The notes beneath the pieces were generated by a model. It had not been told where the DNA came from. It was given only the letters and a program-made list of their open reading frames with translations, and made no database searches. The position numbers and the translations under genes were made by a program. Below, piece after piece: positions 43,007 through 54,071 of a stretch of DNA of 64,000 bases; the first letter of the stretch is position 1; every line of letters starts with the position of its first letter. Source of the stretch: Pachysolen tannophilus NRRL Y-2460 (Eukaryota); contig KV454017.1 in assembly GCA_001661245.1 (NCBI GenBank), positions 549,061 to 613,060 of the forward strand, given 5' to 3'.

Positions 43007-46000
43007 TTAAGAATTAACTGCATTGGCCATCTGGATCAAACGCTTGATACCAACCATCCATTGACCACATTCAGATGGATGTTCGATCGAAACTTCTGAT
43101 TGTAATCTGGCAACATTGTCATAATCGCGAACTTCAAAATATTTTACTAACTCCAATAACCTAGCAATAATATCGTCACTCAATTCCTCGTTATTCAAAT
43201 GGTCGAATAAAATATCAATTCTCTTCTTCGTATCCAGAACTTGTTTCTGGTATTTTTCTGGCATCTTCGGTGTAACTGTATCTAAAACTTTTGACAAAAC
43301 ATGATATATAGGTAAAACGTTTTGTGGAATGTGCTCACGATCACCAGCTGGATACTTTTGTTTTTGGAGTTCATTCTGTTGCTGCTGTTGTTGCTGCAAA
43401 GAGACCGGTTTTGGTGGTGGAGGAGCAAATGAAGCACCTGCACCTTGGCTGTACAAATCGGTGGAACTTGTCATAGGAGAAGTAATTGAGTTGAGAGCCG
43501 TAGCAGGTGGCGGCATAGTAAAACTAGAACCGGAAGGTTGCATTGGATTGCTAACAGGTGCTGATGGAGCATAAGGATTTTTTGGGGCCTGCGGAGGTTG
43601 TGAAAAGTTTGGTGGAGGTGGTGGAGGGGGCATCTGCTGTTGAGGAGGAGCAGCTGATGGTGGTCTTCTAGCGTACGGATTTGTCACGTTAACCAGAGTT
43701 TGTGATGGCGGAGAAGGAAAAGCATGCTGTCTCTGTTGATCTAGCTGTTGAGGCTGTGGTGGTGGAGCGTATCTATTAGACTTGACTGATGCTGGAGCTG
43801 GCGATTGTGGTAAAGAAGGAGTAGCCGATCTACTTGAAGCCTTTGGTGGAGGATTAAGTGATGGCGGCGGTTGATTGAACGATGTATTACGTGTCTGTGA
43901 TGGAGTACCTCTTGCCAATTCCGTACTGCCATGTTGCCCTAAAGCAATGTTCGAATATGGAGAAGAAGTCAGGTTTGTAGTTGGTCGACTTCTGTTGGTA
44001 CCAATATGAGAAGGCAAATCATTCCAACCTCCAACATCTTTTTTTATACTAGCTTTTGGTGGTGCTGGTGGAGGCATTGAATCATCATGTTGCTTCAATT
44101 GTTGTTGTGCCAGCAAAGATCCATGTCTAACGCTATCCAAAGCAGTTGATGGAGCATAAGCATTCAGTGTGACGGACAATCTTGGACCAGCTGATGGTGT
44201 AGATACAGCAGCAGTAGCATACGGGTTTATAACACTAGCTGCTGGTTGTTGCTGAGCACCGTTATACGCAGGCAGTCTGAAATTATTTTGATTTGCCAAA
44301 GTGGCCGGAGCAAACGATGGAGAAGTATTTGGAAGCTGTTGACTCAAAGATGATGGAGGATTTAACTGAGTCGCTGGAGTGACCTGATTGTAATATGGCT
44401 TCATGTATGAAGCTCTTCTAGGAGCTCCGGAAGTCGATAACCTTGATATCGCAGGGTTTTGAATTGGTTTTACAATCGTCTTTCCCAATACTTTGGCGAG
44501 ACGTTCCTTTTCTAATTTCAAACCTTCAAGATTTTCAGGTAACAATTGCAAGAATTTATCGGCTAGTTCAAAATGACCAAAGCCAGCAACTGAGTTTGAG
44601 TATTCTAAATAAGCCTTACAAATAGGCTCAAGACCTGGTCCAGAAAATTCACCTGTAATTTTTGAAGCTGCTCTGTAAACAGTGATTTTTTCGACAAATT
44701 CGTTCAAAGCTTTGAAATGAGCTTCGGATGGAGTTAAGTGAGTCTCTGACTTCAACAATTCTGTTTCTGTTTCTGTCAATTCTTTTATCCATATTGCTGC
44801 AATCTTATTAATAGCTCCACCAGCTAAATAACATATAAAAGCGTTTTGACGAGCATCAGGTAATTCCGAAAATAAGATACGATCACCTAATTCTGAAATC
44901 TTTTTACTAAACTCTTCAGATTGCTTACAATATGTTGAAATTGCTGATGCAATCTCTTTCCAGTTAGTAACATCACCATTAACAACAAGATCTGTAATAT
45001 CCTTGGAAGCAACATTGTATATCAAACGTGAAATCGCTGAATTTTCAACAGTCTTTTTGAAATATGCATTCTTAACTTTTTCCTTAATTTCATTAGAAGA
45101 GTCTAAGGCCAATACAAATGCCTCAGACAAACGATCTTCTTTAAGGCATAAACTTACTGCTTCATCAAGTTTTCCTGATAAAATAGCCTTTTTCAAATTT
45201 TTATCCACTTCAGAGTCATCGATTGGGTTCAACGAGAATTTACCAGTAGGAATGAAAGATTGAAAATCAGAATCTAAACTAAGTTTAGCAAATATATCAT
45301 CTGAATCATCATCTAAAAATGAAGTATCTCCATTTTCGGTTTTTTCTTTATTTTCAGTTTTTTCTTTATTTTCAACTTCTTGAGTCTTTTCCTTTTCAGA
45401 TGTAGACTTTTCCTTTTCAGTTTTCTGTGAAGATATTTCGAATGAAATACTTTGTTTTAGTAAATCAGATTTATCTGTAACTAACAAAGTTTTTAATAAT
45501 TTCCAATCAGATTTGGTGGTTTCAGTTGCAGCTTTAGAAATTCTCTCTTCGACAACTTCAGTGAAATCATTTTTTTCTAAAGCTGCAGTCAAACTATTGG
45601 CAGCATCCTCGACATTAGTATCACTAACAAATTTAGTTATTGAAATTGTTGATTTTGCTTCATCTTTATTTGGTTGAGTTACATGAACAATTTTACCACC
45701 AAAACCAAAAGAAACACTTGTTGGACGTTTCAACCATTTTGGGGCTTTTTTAACAGCAAACTCAGGCTGTTGAGTATCTGTTTCAGATAATTGATTCCAA
45801 AATTCTTCAGGATTAGATGAAGTTGAAACTTTAGAAGAAACGGGTGGTGAAGTATCTTGTAATGTTTGGACCACCACCTTACCATCAAATGAAGCTGTAG
45901 CAAAGATTTCTGGTAAAGATGGAGCAAACCTTGTTTCGAAAACCCAATTAGCAGTTGTTGGATATTCACCAATTTTAGTACCTTCTTTTGGATCCCATAA

Positions 46001-46852
46001 ATAAGTAGAATTATCTTTACCACTTGAAAGTAACAATTCATCATCTTGAGGACACCAATCTAATGATAAGACACCTTTCTTATGACCTGTTAAAATTTTT
46101 TCTGGTTCTCTTGGATTTCTTAAATTCCAAGATAAAATATATGGTGCTCCATCTGTATCAGAAGCAGTTACTAATTTTGTACTTTCACTTGGATGCCAAG
46201 AAACCACAGATAAGTTACATCTTCCAGTTGGACTTGTATAATTCAAATGTAAAACTTCCTTTTGTGCTCTTAAATCCCAAATTGAAGTATAACCTGTAGT
46301 ACCAGCAGATGCAAAAACGTGACTAACGCTATTATTCCATGAAAGACAAGTTATATCTTCCATTGGAGTCATTGCCTTCCCAGGAGCAATTGGATGGTCT
46401 ATCTTATTAGTATCCCATATGAAGATTTCACCTTTGGCACCAGCAGTGGCAAGAACATGATCTTCAGTAGGACTAAATTGAACAGCTTTTACTGGACCAG
46501 AATGATTTTTCCCAATATAAATACTAGCAGCGTCAAGCGAAGAACCATCTATTAATTTCTTGGCATCCCAGAATTGAACAATACTATTTTCTAAAGCTCC
46601 AACAAGCATACCATTGGTATGATCCGCATATTTCTTACTCCATGCTAAAGCATGAAATTTTGTATCCAAAGCAGCAGAAACTATTGGTTCCTTTGTCAAT
46701 TTGGAACTCAATATATCCCAAATCTCCAATTTCGACGAAGCCGAAAAATCCAAATCAACAGCGCCTGCCGCAGAACCAGTAGCCAACAACGGTAGCGAAT
46801 CATGAGACCATACAAACGTTGCTGTACGTTCAACTTCACTAAGTTTCACCAT
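43007..46852 (-). CDS. SEC31: COPII outer coat protein Sec31
   Basis: MVKLSEVERTATFVWS WD40 N-terminus, APKWLKRP..VSFGFGGK, Pro-rich region with GGWNDLP, C-terminal helical domain (WMVGIKRLI). Confidence 0.98.
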   Translation of the reverse strand: MVKLSEVERTATFVWSHDSLPLLATGSAAGAVDLDFSASSKLEIWDILSSKLTKEPIVSAALDTKFHALAWSKKYADHTNGMLVGALENSIVQFWDAKKLIDGSSLDAASIYIGKNHSGPVKAVQFSPTEDHVLATAGAKGEIFIWDTNKIDHPIAPGKAMTPMEDITCLSWNNSVSHVFASAGTTGYTSIWDLRAQKEVLHLNYTSPTGRCNLSVVSWHPSESTKLVTASDTDGAPYILSWNLRNPREPEKILTGHKKGVLSLDWCPQDDELLLSSGKDNSTYLWDPKEGTKIGEYPTTANWVFETRFAPSLPEIFATASFDGKVVVQTLQDTSPPVSSKVSTSSNPEEFWNQLSETDTQQPEFAVKKAPKWLKRPTSVSFGFGGKIVHVTQPNKDEAKSTISITKFVSDTNVEDAANSLTAALEKNDFTEVVEERISKAATETTKSDWKLLKTLLVTDKSDLLKQSISFEISSQKTEKEKSTSEKEKTQEVENKEKTENKEKTENGDTSFLDDDSDDIFAKLSLDSDFQSFIPTGKFSLNPIDDSEVDKNLKKAILSGKLDEAVSLCLKEDRLSEAFVLALDSSNEIKEKVKNAYFKKTVENSAISRLIYNVASKDITDLVVNGDVTNWKEIASAISTYCKQSEEFSKKISELGDRILFSELPDARQNAFICYLAGGAINKIAAIWIKELTETETELLKSETHLTPSEAHFKALNEFVEKITVYRAASKITGEFSGPGLEPICKAYLEYSNSVAGFGHFELADKFLQLLPENLEGLKLEKERLAKVLGKTIVKPIQNPAISRLSTSGAPRRASYMKPYYNQVTPATQLNPPSSLSQQLPNTSPSFAPATLANQNNFRLPAYNGAQQQPAASVINPYATAAVSTPSAGPRLSVTLNAYAPSTALDSVRHGSLLAQQQLKQHDDSMPPPAPPKASIKKDVGGWNDLPSHIGTNRSRPTTNLTSSPYSNIALGQHGSTELARGTPSQTRNTSFNQPPPSLNPPPKASSRSATPSLPQSPAPASVKSNRYAPPPQPQQLDQQRQHAFPSPPSQTLVNVTNPYARRPPSAAPPQQQMPPPPPPPNFSQPPQAPKNPYAPSAPVSNPMQPSGSSFTMPPPATALNSITSPMTSSTDLYSQGAGASFAPPPPKPVSLQQQQQQQNELQKQKYPAGDREHIPQNVLPIYHVLSKVLDTVTPKMPEKYQKQVLDTKKRIDILFDHLNNEELSDDIIARLLELVKYFEVRDYDNVARLQSEVSIEHPSECGQWMVGIKRLIQMANAVNS

Positions 46853-47125
46853 TGTTATTATTATTATATATTACGGATCTCTCTTTCTCTCTCTCCTTTT
46901 GATTTCAACACTTGACACACACACAAACAAACAAAAAAAAAAGAGAAATACTCTTTTTCTCAACCCAATTCAATTATACCAATCACTTCAATCCAAACAG
47001 CAATTTATATTGGAAAGAAATTAATTCCGTTAAAAATCACCTAGATCTGACTGACACGTATTTCAAAAAAACAAAAAATAGTTATTTAAATTAATTGCTT
47101 TTTTAATAGAAATCAAAAAAAAAAA

Positions 47126-47388
47126 NNNNNNNNNNNNNNNNNNNNNNNNNNNNNNNNNNNNNNNNNNNNNNNNNNNNNNNNNNNNNNNNNNNNNNNNNNN
47201 NNNNNNNNNNNNNNNNNNNNNNNNNNNNNNNNNNNNNNNNNNNNNNNNNNNNNNNNNNNNNNNNNNNNNNNNNNNNNNNNNNNNNNNNNNNNNNNNNNNN
47301 NNNNNNNNNNNNNNNNNNNNNNNNNNNNNNNNNNNNNNNNNNNNNNNNNNNNNNNNNNNNNNNNNNNNNNNNNNNNNNNNNNNNNNNN
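47126..47388. other. Assembly gap (N run)
   Basis: Ns in the sequence. Confidence 1.
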
Positions 47389-47935
47389 ACTATTTTCTAA
47401 GCTCCAACAAGCATACCATTGGTATGATCCGCATATTTCTTACTCCATGCTAAAGCATGAAATTTTGTATCCAAAGCAGCAGAAACTATTGGTTCCTTTG
47501 TCAATTTGGAACTCAATATATCCCAAATCTCCAATTTCGACGAAGCCGAAAAATCCAAATCAACAGCGCCTGCCGCAGAACCAGTAGCCAACAACGGTAG
47601 CGAATCATGAGACCATACAAACGTTGCTGTACGTTCAACTTCACTAAGTTTCACCATTGTTATTATTATTATATATTACGGATCTCTCTTTCTCTCTCTC
47701 CTTTTGATTTCAACACTTGACACACACACAAACAAACAAAAAAAAAAAAAGAGAAATACTCTTTTTCTCAACCCAATTCAATTATACCAATCACTTCAAT
47801 CCAAACAGCAATTTATATTGGAAAGAAATTAATTCCGTTAAAAATCACCTAGATCTGACTGACACGTATTTCAAAAAAACAAAAAAATAGTTATTTAAAT
47901 TAATTGCTTTTTTAATAGAAATCAAAAAAAAAAAA
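47389..47935. repeat. Near-identical direct copy of 46583-47125 (SEC31 5' end and upstream region); probable unmerged contig overlap
   Basis: The copies flank the gap, and the only differences I can see are A-homopolymer lengths. Confidence 0.9.
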
Positions 47936-48281
47936 AAAAAACAAAAAAAAAAACAAAAAAAAAAAACTAGATTTTAATTCTTTCAAAAATACCTTCACTC
48001 AAATTATATCAATGGGTACCAATGAAGAATAAACTTATATATTAATTATATATTTATCAATTGAATTCAAATAATAAAATATAAAAAATATCTTTGATGA
48101 GGAACCTTTGATATGAATTGGGCGAAAAGCACGATTTTTGTTGTTGATTCTAATTACACGTGAAAATGCTGGCTGACAGAAGATTTTATTTTAAAGAGCA
48201 AGAACGAACAAGTAATTCTATGGGTTGAGTGAGTAAATAAGTAAGTCCTTGAATAAGAATTACAGTTAAGATATTGGAAGG

Positions 48282-48767
48282 ATGTCTGTTGAAAATGGAA
48301 GTGAGAAGAGAAATCTGGAGGAAGCAATTGATGATGAACCAGATGAATGGTATGTTAATTTTCAAAATTTTTTTTTTTTTTGGGCTTTATAGAGATTTAC
48401 TAACTAGTATATCGATTAATGGTTTAGGGACAAGAGAATTATAAAGACAGGGTGTCATGGTAAGTACAAATAGTGTTATGAAAATTTTTTTCCTTAAAAA
48501 TATTTGAACTAACTGATTTATTCTATTGTATTCTATTCTATTAGAGGAAAACATGAAATTATTATTGTGTCATGCAGATACAAACGACTGGAGAAAATGT
48601 GTTCTGGAAGTAAGTACAGGTTGTACTTTGTTAGCAAGTTCTCAAAGAGGTTTTATACTAACGAACCGTGTAAATGACTTTAGATGAAAGCTTTCCGTGA
48701 ATGTTGGGACAATAATCAAAACAATAAGAGGACTCAAACCAAGGATAATGATTTAAGTGGGTTTTAA
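48282..48767 (+). CDS. COA4: Twin CX9C cytochrome oxidase assembly factor Coa4 (82 aa); exons 48282-48349, 48428-48459, 48545-48609, 48684-48767
   Basis: Three introns (GTATGT/GTAAGT..ACTAAC..TAG). Spliced product: ...DDEPDEWDKRIIKTGCHEENMKLLLCHADTNDWRKCVxEMKAFRECWDNNQNNKRT. Lies near CPR6, as in S. cerevisiae. Confidence 0.93.
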
Positions 48768-49106
48768 GTACTGAAAATGTACTGCAGATACCCTGGCATT
48801 TCCTTTTTTCTTTTGCTTTTTTGTCTTTTTTTTTTTTGCTTTTTTTTTCCCTCTCTATGAGGTCTTTAACATGATGAAATGATCAAACTCTATCCTGTAT
48901 ATATGAATATAAATCAATCAATAGCTCTTGGTAATATAGCTTTTAAACGGTATTAAAGAAATTGTAGTAGTGCGATGTAACCCCAATTTGCACCAATGTA
49001 GTAATACTACTTTCTGAAATATAACTAGACTTAAAAACAACCATAGAGTATGATTGTTGTATGAGTTGTAATAACTATATGTTTAGGTATTGAAGAAAGT
49101 ATAGAG

Positions 49107-51617
49107 ATGCCTTTATCTAATATTGAGCATCTCAGGTTGAGAATATTGACTCAAAGGGGGAAACTTGAGGAGTATAGTAAGGAAAATCATCAGAATTTTA
49201 GGAAAAGTTTGCGTAAACGGCAGGATGATTCACATTCAGGATATAATAAGAATACACAACAAGAGCAAGAGCAAGTGCAAGAACTAGAGCAAGAGCTAGA
49301 AGAAGAAGAAGAAGAAACTTTTTCTTCTTCTTCAGATGCTGATGAGCCTGAGATTGGGATATTGAATCAGTTTGAAATCAACCAGAAGAAAAAAGAGTCC
49401 CAAGAAAGGTTTAAATATTCATGGAATGCAATTATAGAAAAATATTCTCAGTATAAAGAAGATGATGAAAGGGTGGATATCTTGGATATATCTACTGGAG
49501 AAATTGTTGAGGACAATGGACACTTGAGCTCTTTGCTGGACAAACGGAATAAAGATATATGGCATGAAGAATTTAATGATACAAGGGAAAGAACATATAG
49601 AAAAAGACAAGAACAAAAAGAATTATCAAAGTTGAAAAAAAATAATACAAAACAAAAAACTAAGGTCGATTCACCTAAAAAAAGTATAAATGTATATGAA
49701 GATAACATGTTGATATTGAGCAGTGTATCGTCTCCTTCAAGTCTTCCACAATCAAGATTAAGCTCTCCATCATTGACCCCAACTCTGCGAAAACATAATA
49801 AAGCTACAACTTCTCCACAATCAAAACCTTCTCTAATCTTGGGTGAAGTTTCGTTAATTCCACAGACAGAATTGGTAGCTAATGATCTGTATGTAACTTC
49901 AGATATCATGTCATTCACAGCACAATCGCTGAAATCTTCAACTATAAGAAATCTTGAAGATACTACTTCAGTGGGTACTCCGTCAAGATCTTCTACTTTG
50001 AAACAACTTTTACTGAGAAGACAAAGAGTATTAGAAGAAGGCAACAATGAGTTTCAGGCATCGATTGATACTTTGCCATCTATGAAAGACCAACACAAAC
50101 TAGATAATGATGTGGATGTTCTTCATCAGAGAAATTTAACAATTCAAAGAAAACCTAGTAGTTCCATCGTTATAGCTCCATCAAAAGTCTTAGTTCAGTT
50201 GCAAGAACTCGACGAAGAAGAATCAAAATCTAAAAAATTGCTTAATTCAGTAACTCTCAAGGACTTGGTTCGCAAAATAGAACAAGTGAGAATCTCTAGT
50301 GAATTCAACAAGAATCAAAGAATTCCTATATCGAAGAAAAAGAAGAAGAATTTAAGATCATACCAAACTGCAGCACCTTCAAAAAAGATCATAGTCAGTC
50401 CCAAGTCAGAAATTTCACCTCAGCGGCATCGTCAATATCGCAAAAACTCAGATTTGTTAGAAATATTGAGTAGTATGCCTCCCCATATGCTGAAATTACT
50501 TTCCATCAATATGGCTCCTCCAGGTTCAAAAGTGGATGAAGTGTCACAGGCTCTAGTCTCACTTTCTGCAAATGCTGGTAGACTACGTAAAAGCGCAAGT
50601 TCATATTCAACAGGAGATGATCGTTTGACAGGAAGTAAAGTAAACAGGCGTGATTTTGGAATTCCGAAAAAATTTTTCACTTCTCAAGACGTAGTTTCTA
50701 CTCTGAAAAGAACTCATAATAAGGGTGAAATTGAAAATAAGCAAAAAATTTTACAAAATCCAGGTCAAGGTTATGGAAAAGATAAAAATAGAGAATCAAA
50801 ATCTTCAAACATAGCTCTTCGGGAAAATGAAATTGTGGATTTAGAAATGGACAAAAATGAGGACATTAAAACAAGAGGAAAAATGAATAATACTGAATCT
50901 CTAGTAAAAATACCATCTTCTTCAGGAAAAGAAGATAATTCCCAAATCAAAGTGTCTATGCCACTGCCCACTTCTTCCTTGTGGCTTTTATTACAGGGAA
51001 AAGATGAAGAGGAAAATGCTAAAAAGCAATCAACACCAAATTTAGAAAATCAATCGAATGGCACAAAAGCTGAATTAAGAGAAACAGTAGAAGAGCTTTC
51101 CCCAAGTCTCGAGGAAATACCTGATACAGAAACCGAAGAAAAATTTTTCAGTGCTCATGAAATCGCAGACTCCAAATCTAAAAATATTTCAAGATTTGGG
51201 AAAAGGTATAATCAAGTTTACAAAAAACATTCCAAGAAAAATCCCATCATATCAGATAATGAAGATGAAGCTCAAACAACGTCAATGGAGTTTCAACTGT
51301 CTAAGAAACTACCATCTCCAAAACTCAAGATGGTAGACAATACTGATTTGAGGCAAATGATCAAACAATTATCAAAGAAAAATCCTGAGACTTCTTTGAT
51401 TGAATCATCCTCCCCAATAAAGCTCAAATTATCTCCATTCAACAACTCGGATAAAAAGAGATTGTTGTCGTCCACCACCACCTCCTCCTCGTCATCATCA
51501 TCATCATCATCGATAATTGCAACTACACCTTCAAGAAAAAGACATTCGCCTTCAAAAGCTTATAATGGCAATTACTCCCTACTAGAGGAGTTGTCGTGTT
51601 TAGAGGATAACGTTTAA
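49107..51617 (+). CDS. SCM3: CENP-A (Cse4) chaperone Scm3-domain protein
   Basis: ERFKYSWNAIIEKYS...DILDISTGEIVEDNGHL is the Scm3 domain; near RPO21-BPL1-CRD1-CCT4 as in S. cerevisiae. Confidence 0.85.
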   Translation: MPLSNIEHLRLRILTQRGKLEEYSKENHQNFRKSLRKRQDDSHSGYNKNTQQEQEQVQELEQELEEEEEETFSSSSDADEPEIGILNQFEINQKKKESQERFKYSWNAIIEKYSQYKEDDERVDILDISTGEIVEDNGHLSSLLDKRNKDIWHEEFNDTRERTYRKRQEQKELSKLKKNNTKQKTKVDSPKKSINVYEDNMLILSSVSSPSSLPQSRLSSPSLTPTLRKHNKATTSPQSKPSLILGEVSLIPQTELVANDLYVTSDIMSFTAQSLKSSTIRNLEDTTSVGTPSRSSTLKQLLLRRQRVLEEGNNEFQASIDTLPSMKDQHKLDNDVDVLHQRNLTIQRKPSSSIVIAPSKVLVQLQELDEEESKSKKLLNSVTLKDLVRKIEQVRISSEFNKNQRIPISKKKKKNLRSYQTAAPSKKIIVSPKSEISPQRHRQYRKNSDLLEILSSMPPHMLKLLSINMAPPGSKVDEVSQALVSLSANAGRLRKSASSYSTGDDRLTGSKVNRRDFGIPKKFFTSQDVVSTLKRTHNKGEIENKQKILQNPGQGYGKDKNRESKSSNIALRENEIVDLEMDKNEDIKTRGKMNNTESLVKIPSSSGKEDNSQIKVSMPLPTSSLWLLLQGKDEEENAKKQSTPNLENQSNGTKAELRETVEELSPSLEEIPDTETEEKFFSAHEIADSKSKNISRFGKRYNQVYKKHSKKNPIISDNEDEAQTTSMEFQLSKKLPSPKLKMVDNTDLRQMIKQLSKKNPETSLIESSSPIKLKLSPFNNSDKKRLLSSTTTSSSSSSSSSSIIATTPSRKRHSPSKAYNGNYSLLEELSCLEDNV

Positions 51618-51907
51618 AACCATTAAATAGAACCAAGTAATGATAGTAATTAGAAGTAGTTGAAAAATTATTAGTCGTGTAGTAACAATGAAGTTTATTA
51701 TTCTTTCGTACTAGAACTTTCTTTCTTCACTAAAAACATGCAGAATTAAAGCAGCTCAGCGATTATTATATAAACCCAAGACGAAAGAAGGTGGTCTCTC
51801 TCTTTGCTGCTTTTTTTTTCACTTTTTTTTTTGACTTTTTATAACATAGATTCTCTTTTTATCGGTACTTGATACTTTAGATAGATAATAATTGATAATT
51901 TACAGAA

Positions 51908-53026
51908 ATGACAATTGAAAACTCACAACGCCCAAAAGTATTTTTTGATGTTAAAGTTGGAGATCGTCATGAGGGACGTATAATTTTTGAACTTTTCTCT
52001 GACATTGTTCCAAAGACTGCTGAAAATTTTAGAGCATTATGTACTGGTGAGAAAGGGGAAAATGCCAATGGGGTACCTTTATGTTATAAGAAATCTGTTT
52101 TCCATAGAGTTATTAAAGACTTTATGATCCAAGGTGGTGATTTCACGAATTTTAATGGCACCGGTGGAGAATCGATTTATGGTGAAAAATTTGAAGATGA
52201 AAATTTCCAATTGACTCATGATACTCCGTTTTTATTATCGATGGCTAATGCTGGTCCAAATACTAATGGGTCTCAATTTTTCATAACTACTGTGGCCACA
52301 CCACATCTTAATGGTAAACACACGGTTTTCGGTAAAGTTATTTCAGGCAAATCAATTGTTCGTAGAATTGAACGAATTGAAACTGGAGAGAATGATAAAC
52401 CTAAAGAAGACTGTATTATTGAAGACTGTGGAGAGCTTCCTGCTGACTACGTTGTTGAGCCATCTGCTTCATTAGATGATGGTACTGGTGACATTTACGA
52501 AGAAGTTTTGGGAGATAACGATAATGTTGATGTTAACAATTTTGATTCTGTAATCAATGCTGTTACCAATATAAAAGAAATCGGTACAAAACTTTTCAAA
52601 GCGGGTGATTTTGAAAAATCTTATAGTAAATATCACAAGGCAAATGCTTATTTGGAAGAATATTTCCCAGATGATTTATCAAGTGAAAATATAAATAAAT
52701 TGAACGAATTGAAAGCATCATGTTTTTTGAATGAAGCTTTGGTTGCCTTAAAATTGAATAAAAGTAAGCAAACTATAGAAGTAGCTACCAAAGCACTTGA
52801 AGTCGATGATATTGACGACAAAACAAAGGCTAAAGCATTATACCGTCGTGGTATGGGTTATTTTAAAGCCCACGATGATATAAGTGCTTTAAAAGATTTC
52901 GAAGAAGCATTGAAATACTCTGCAGGAGACGCAGCAATCTTGAAAGGAATAGAAGATGTTAAACAACATTCTAAGAAGTTGAAAGATCAACAAAAGAAGG
53001 CATTTAGCAAATTCTTTGCCAAATAA
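51908..53026 (+). CDS. CPR6: Cyclophilin-40 PPIase with TPR domain
   Basis: [35 protein letters not shown]-terminal TPR (KAKALYRRG). Confidence 0.95.
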   Translation: MTIENSQRPKVFFDVKVGDRHEGRIIFELFSDIVPKTAENFRALCTGEKGENANGVPLCYKKSVFHRVIKDFMIQGGDFTNFNGTGGESIYGEKFEDENFQLTHDTPFLLSMANAGPNTNGSQFFITTVATPHLNGKHTVFGKVISGKSIVRRIERIETGENDKPKEDCIIEDCGELPADYVVEPSASLDDGTGDIYEEVLGDNDNVDVNNFDSVINAVTNIKEIGTKLFKAGDFEKSYSKYHKANAYLEEYFPDDLSSENINKLNELKASCFLNEALVALKLNKSKQTIEVATKALEVDDIDDKTKAKALYRRGMGYFKAHDDISALKDFEEALKYSAGDAAILKGIEDVKQHSKKLKDQQKKAFSKFFAK

Positions 53027-54071
53027 GTAGTTTTCAAAATGTATATATATAGACAGACACCTTCTTCAGTCAACCCCATGCCAGTCAATTCTCACCAGCC
53101 AGCTGACACCACCAGCTAGCCCGCACCGGCTAGGCCACTCCAACCATTCTCAGCCAATTTTAGCGGTCAGCGTAAATTCTGGACCACTTTGTATAGGCAC
53201 TACCAACTATATCCTAAGTAAATAATATACCTACCGCCCCTGTTTTTTTACTATGTTTATTTGTAAAATAAAATTTTTAAAATAGAAAAAATTCTCAACG
53301 AAAAATGTAAAACAAATTAAAACAAATTAAAATAATAGTAAAACCAATTTATCTTTATATATTGGTTTTATTTTAGTTTAAAATTAATTTGATTAAAATA
53401 AAAGATTAATTGTTTAAATTATTCTTTTGTTTTAAGCTAATTATTTTAAATATTAACCGCTGTTTAATTTGATTGATCCAATTTTATTTTTTATTGGTTG
53501 ATTTCAAATATATCAAAGCACTCATTTAGTTGTTGTTGCTCGCCACGCGGATTTTTTTTTTTTTTTTATTTTGTTTGTAAGAATCAACCAAGGTTATTTA
53601 CTAATATAAGATAGACTTTTATTTATTTGTAATCAGTTGTTTTCTTCCTTTTCTTTTCATTTGTTCCATTTGATTTGATTTGATTTTTTATTCAATTTTT
53701 CGGTTTTGCACATTTTGTATCTATAGAAAGAAATTGCCGTCATATTGAGTGACAAAAAAAAAAAAAATTATAAAAAATTATCAAAATACAAGAAAAAAAT
53801 ATATTAATTAGTTTTTATTCTTATATAATAATTATTTCCAAAGCATTTTCAACCCATCACCATCATTTATCATCATTGTTGAAGGCGGAATTAAATCAAG
53901 TGTCATTCATATTTTTTTTTTTTTTTTTTTAGTTCGTTTTAATTACATTTGTTACTGTATTATATTATTATATTTCATATTTGAAAAAATCCAAAAAAAA
54001 GAAAAAGTTTTTGAAAATTAAAAAAAACCAGGAAAAAAGTTTTTCATTATTAATTATATATTTTTTAAGTC

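Noticed and set aside
47389..47935. Apparent tandem duplication or truncated second SEC31 (86-aa ORF 47397-47657)
   Set aside because: The copies abut an N-gap and differ only in homopolymer lengths, including the 1-bp loss that creates the stop. This is typical of an unmerged contig overlap.
48871..49017. Possible box C/D snoRNA (ATGATGA ... CTGA)
   Set aside because: No terminal stem or recognisable rRNA guide; the motifs are common in AT-rich DNA.
49448..50047. 199-aa antisense ORF within SCM3 (also a 182-aa one within DRE2)
   Set aside because: Antisense to real genes, with no recognisable domain.
51700..51725. Heat-shock element upstream of CPR6
   Set aside because: Only two perfect nGAAn units plus a mismatched third; too weak to call.
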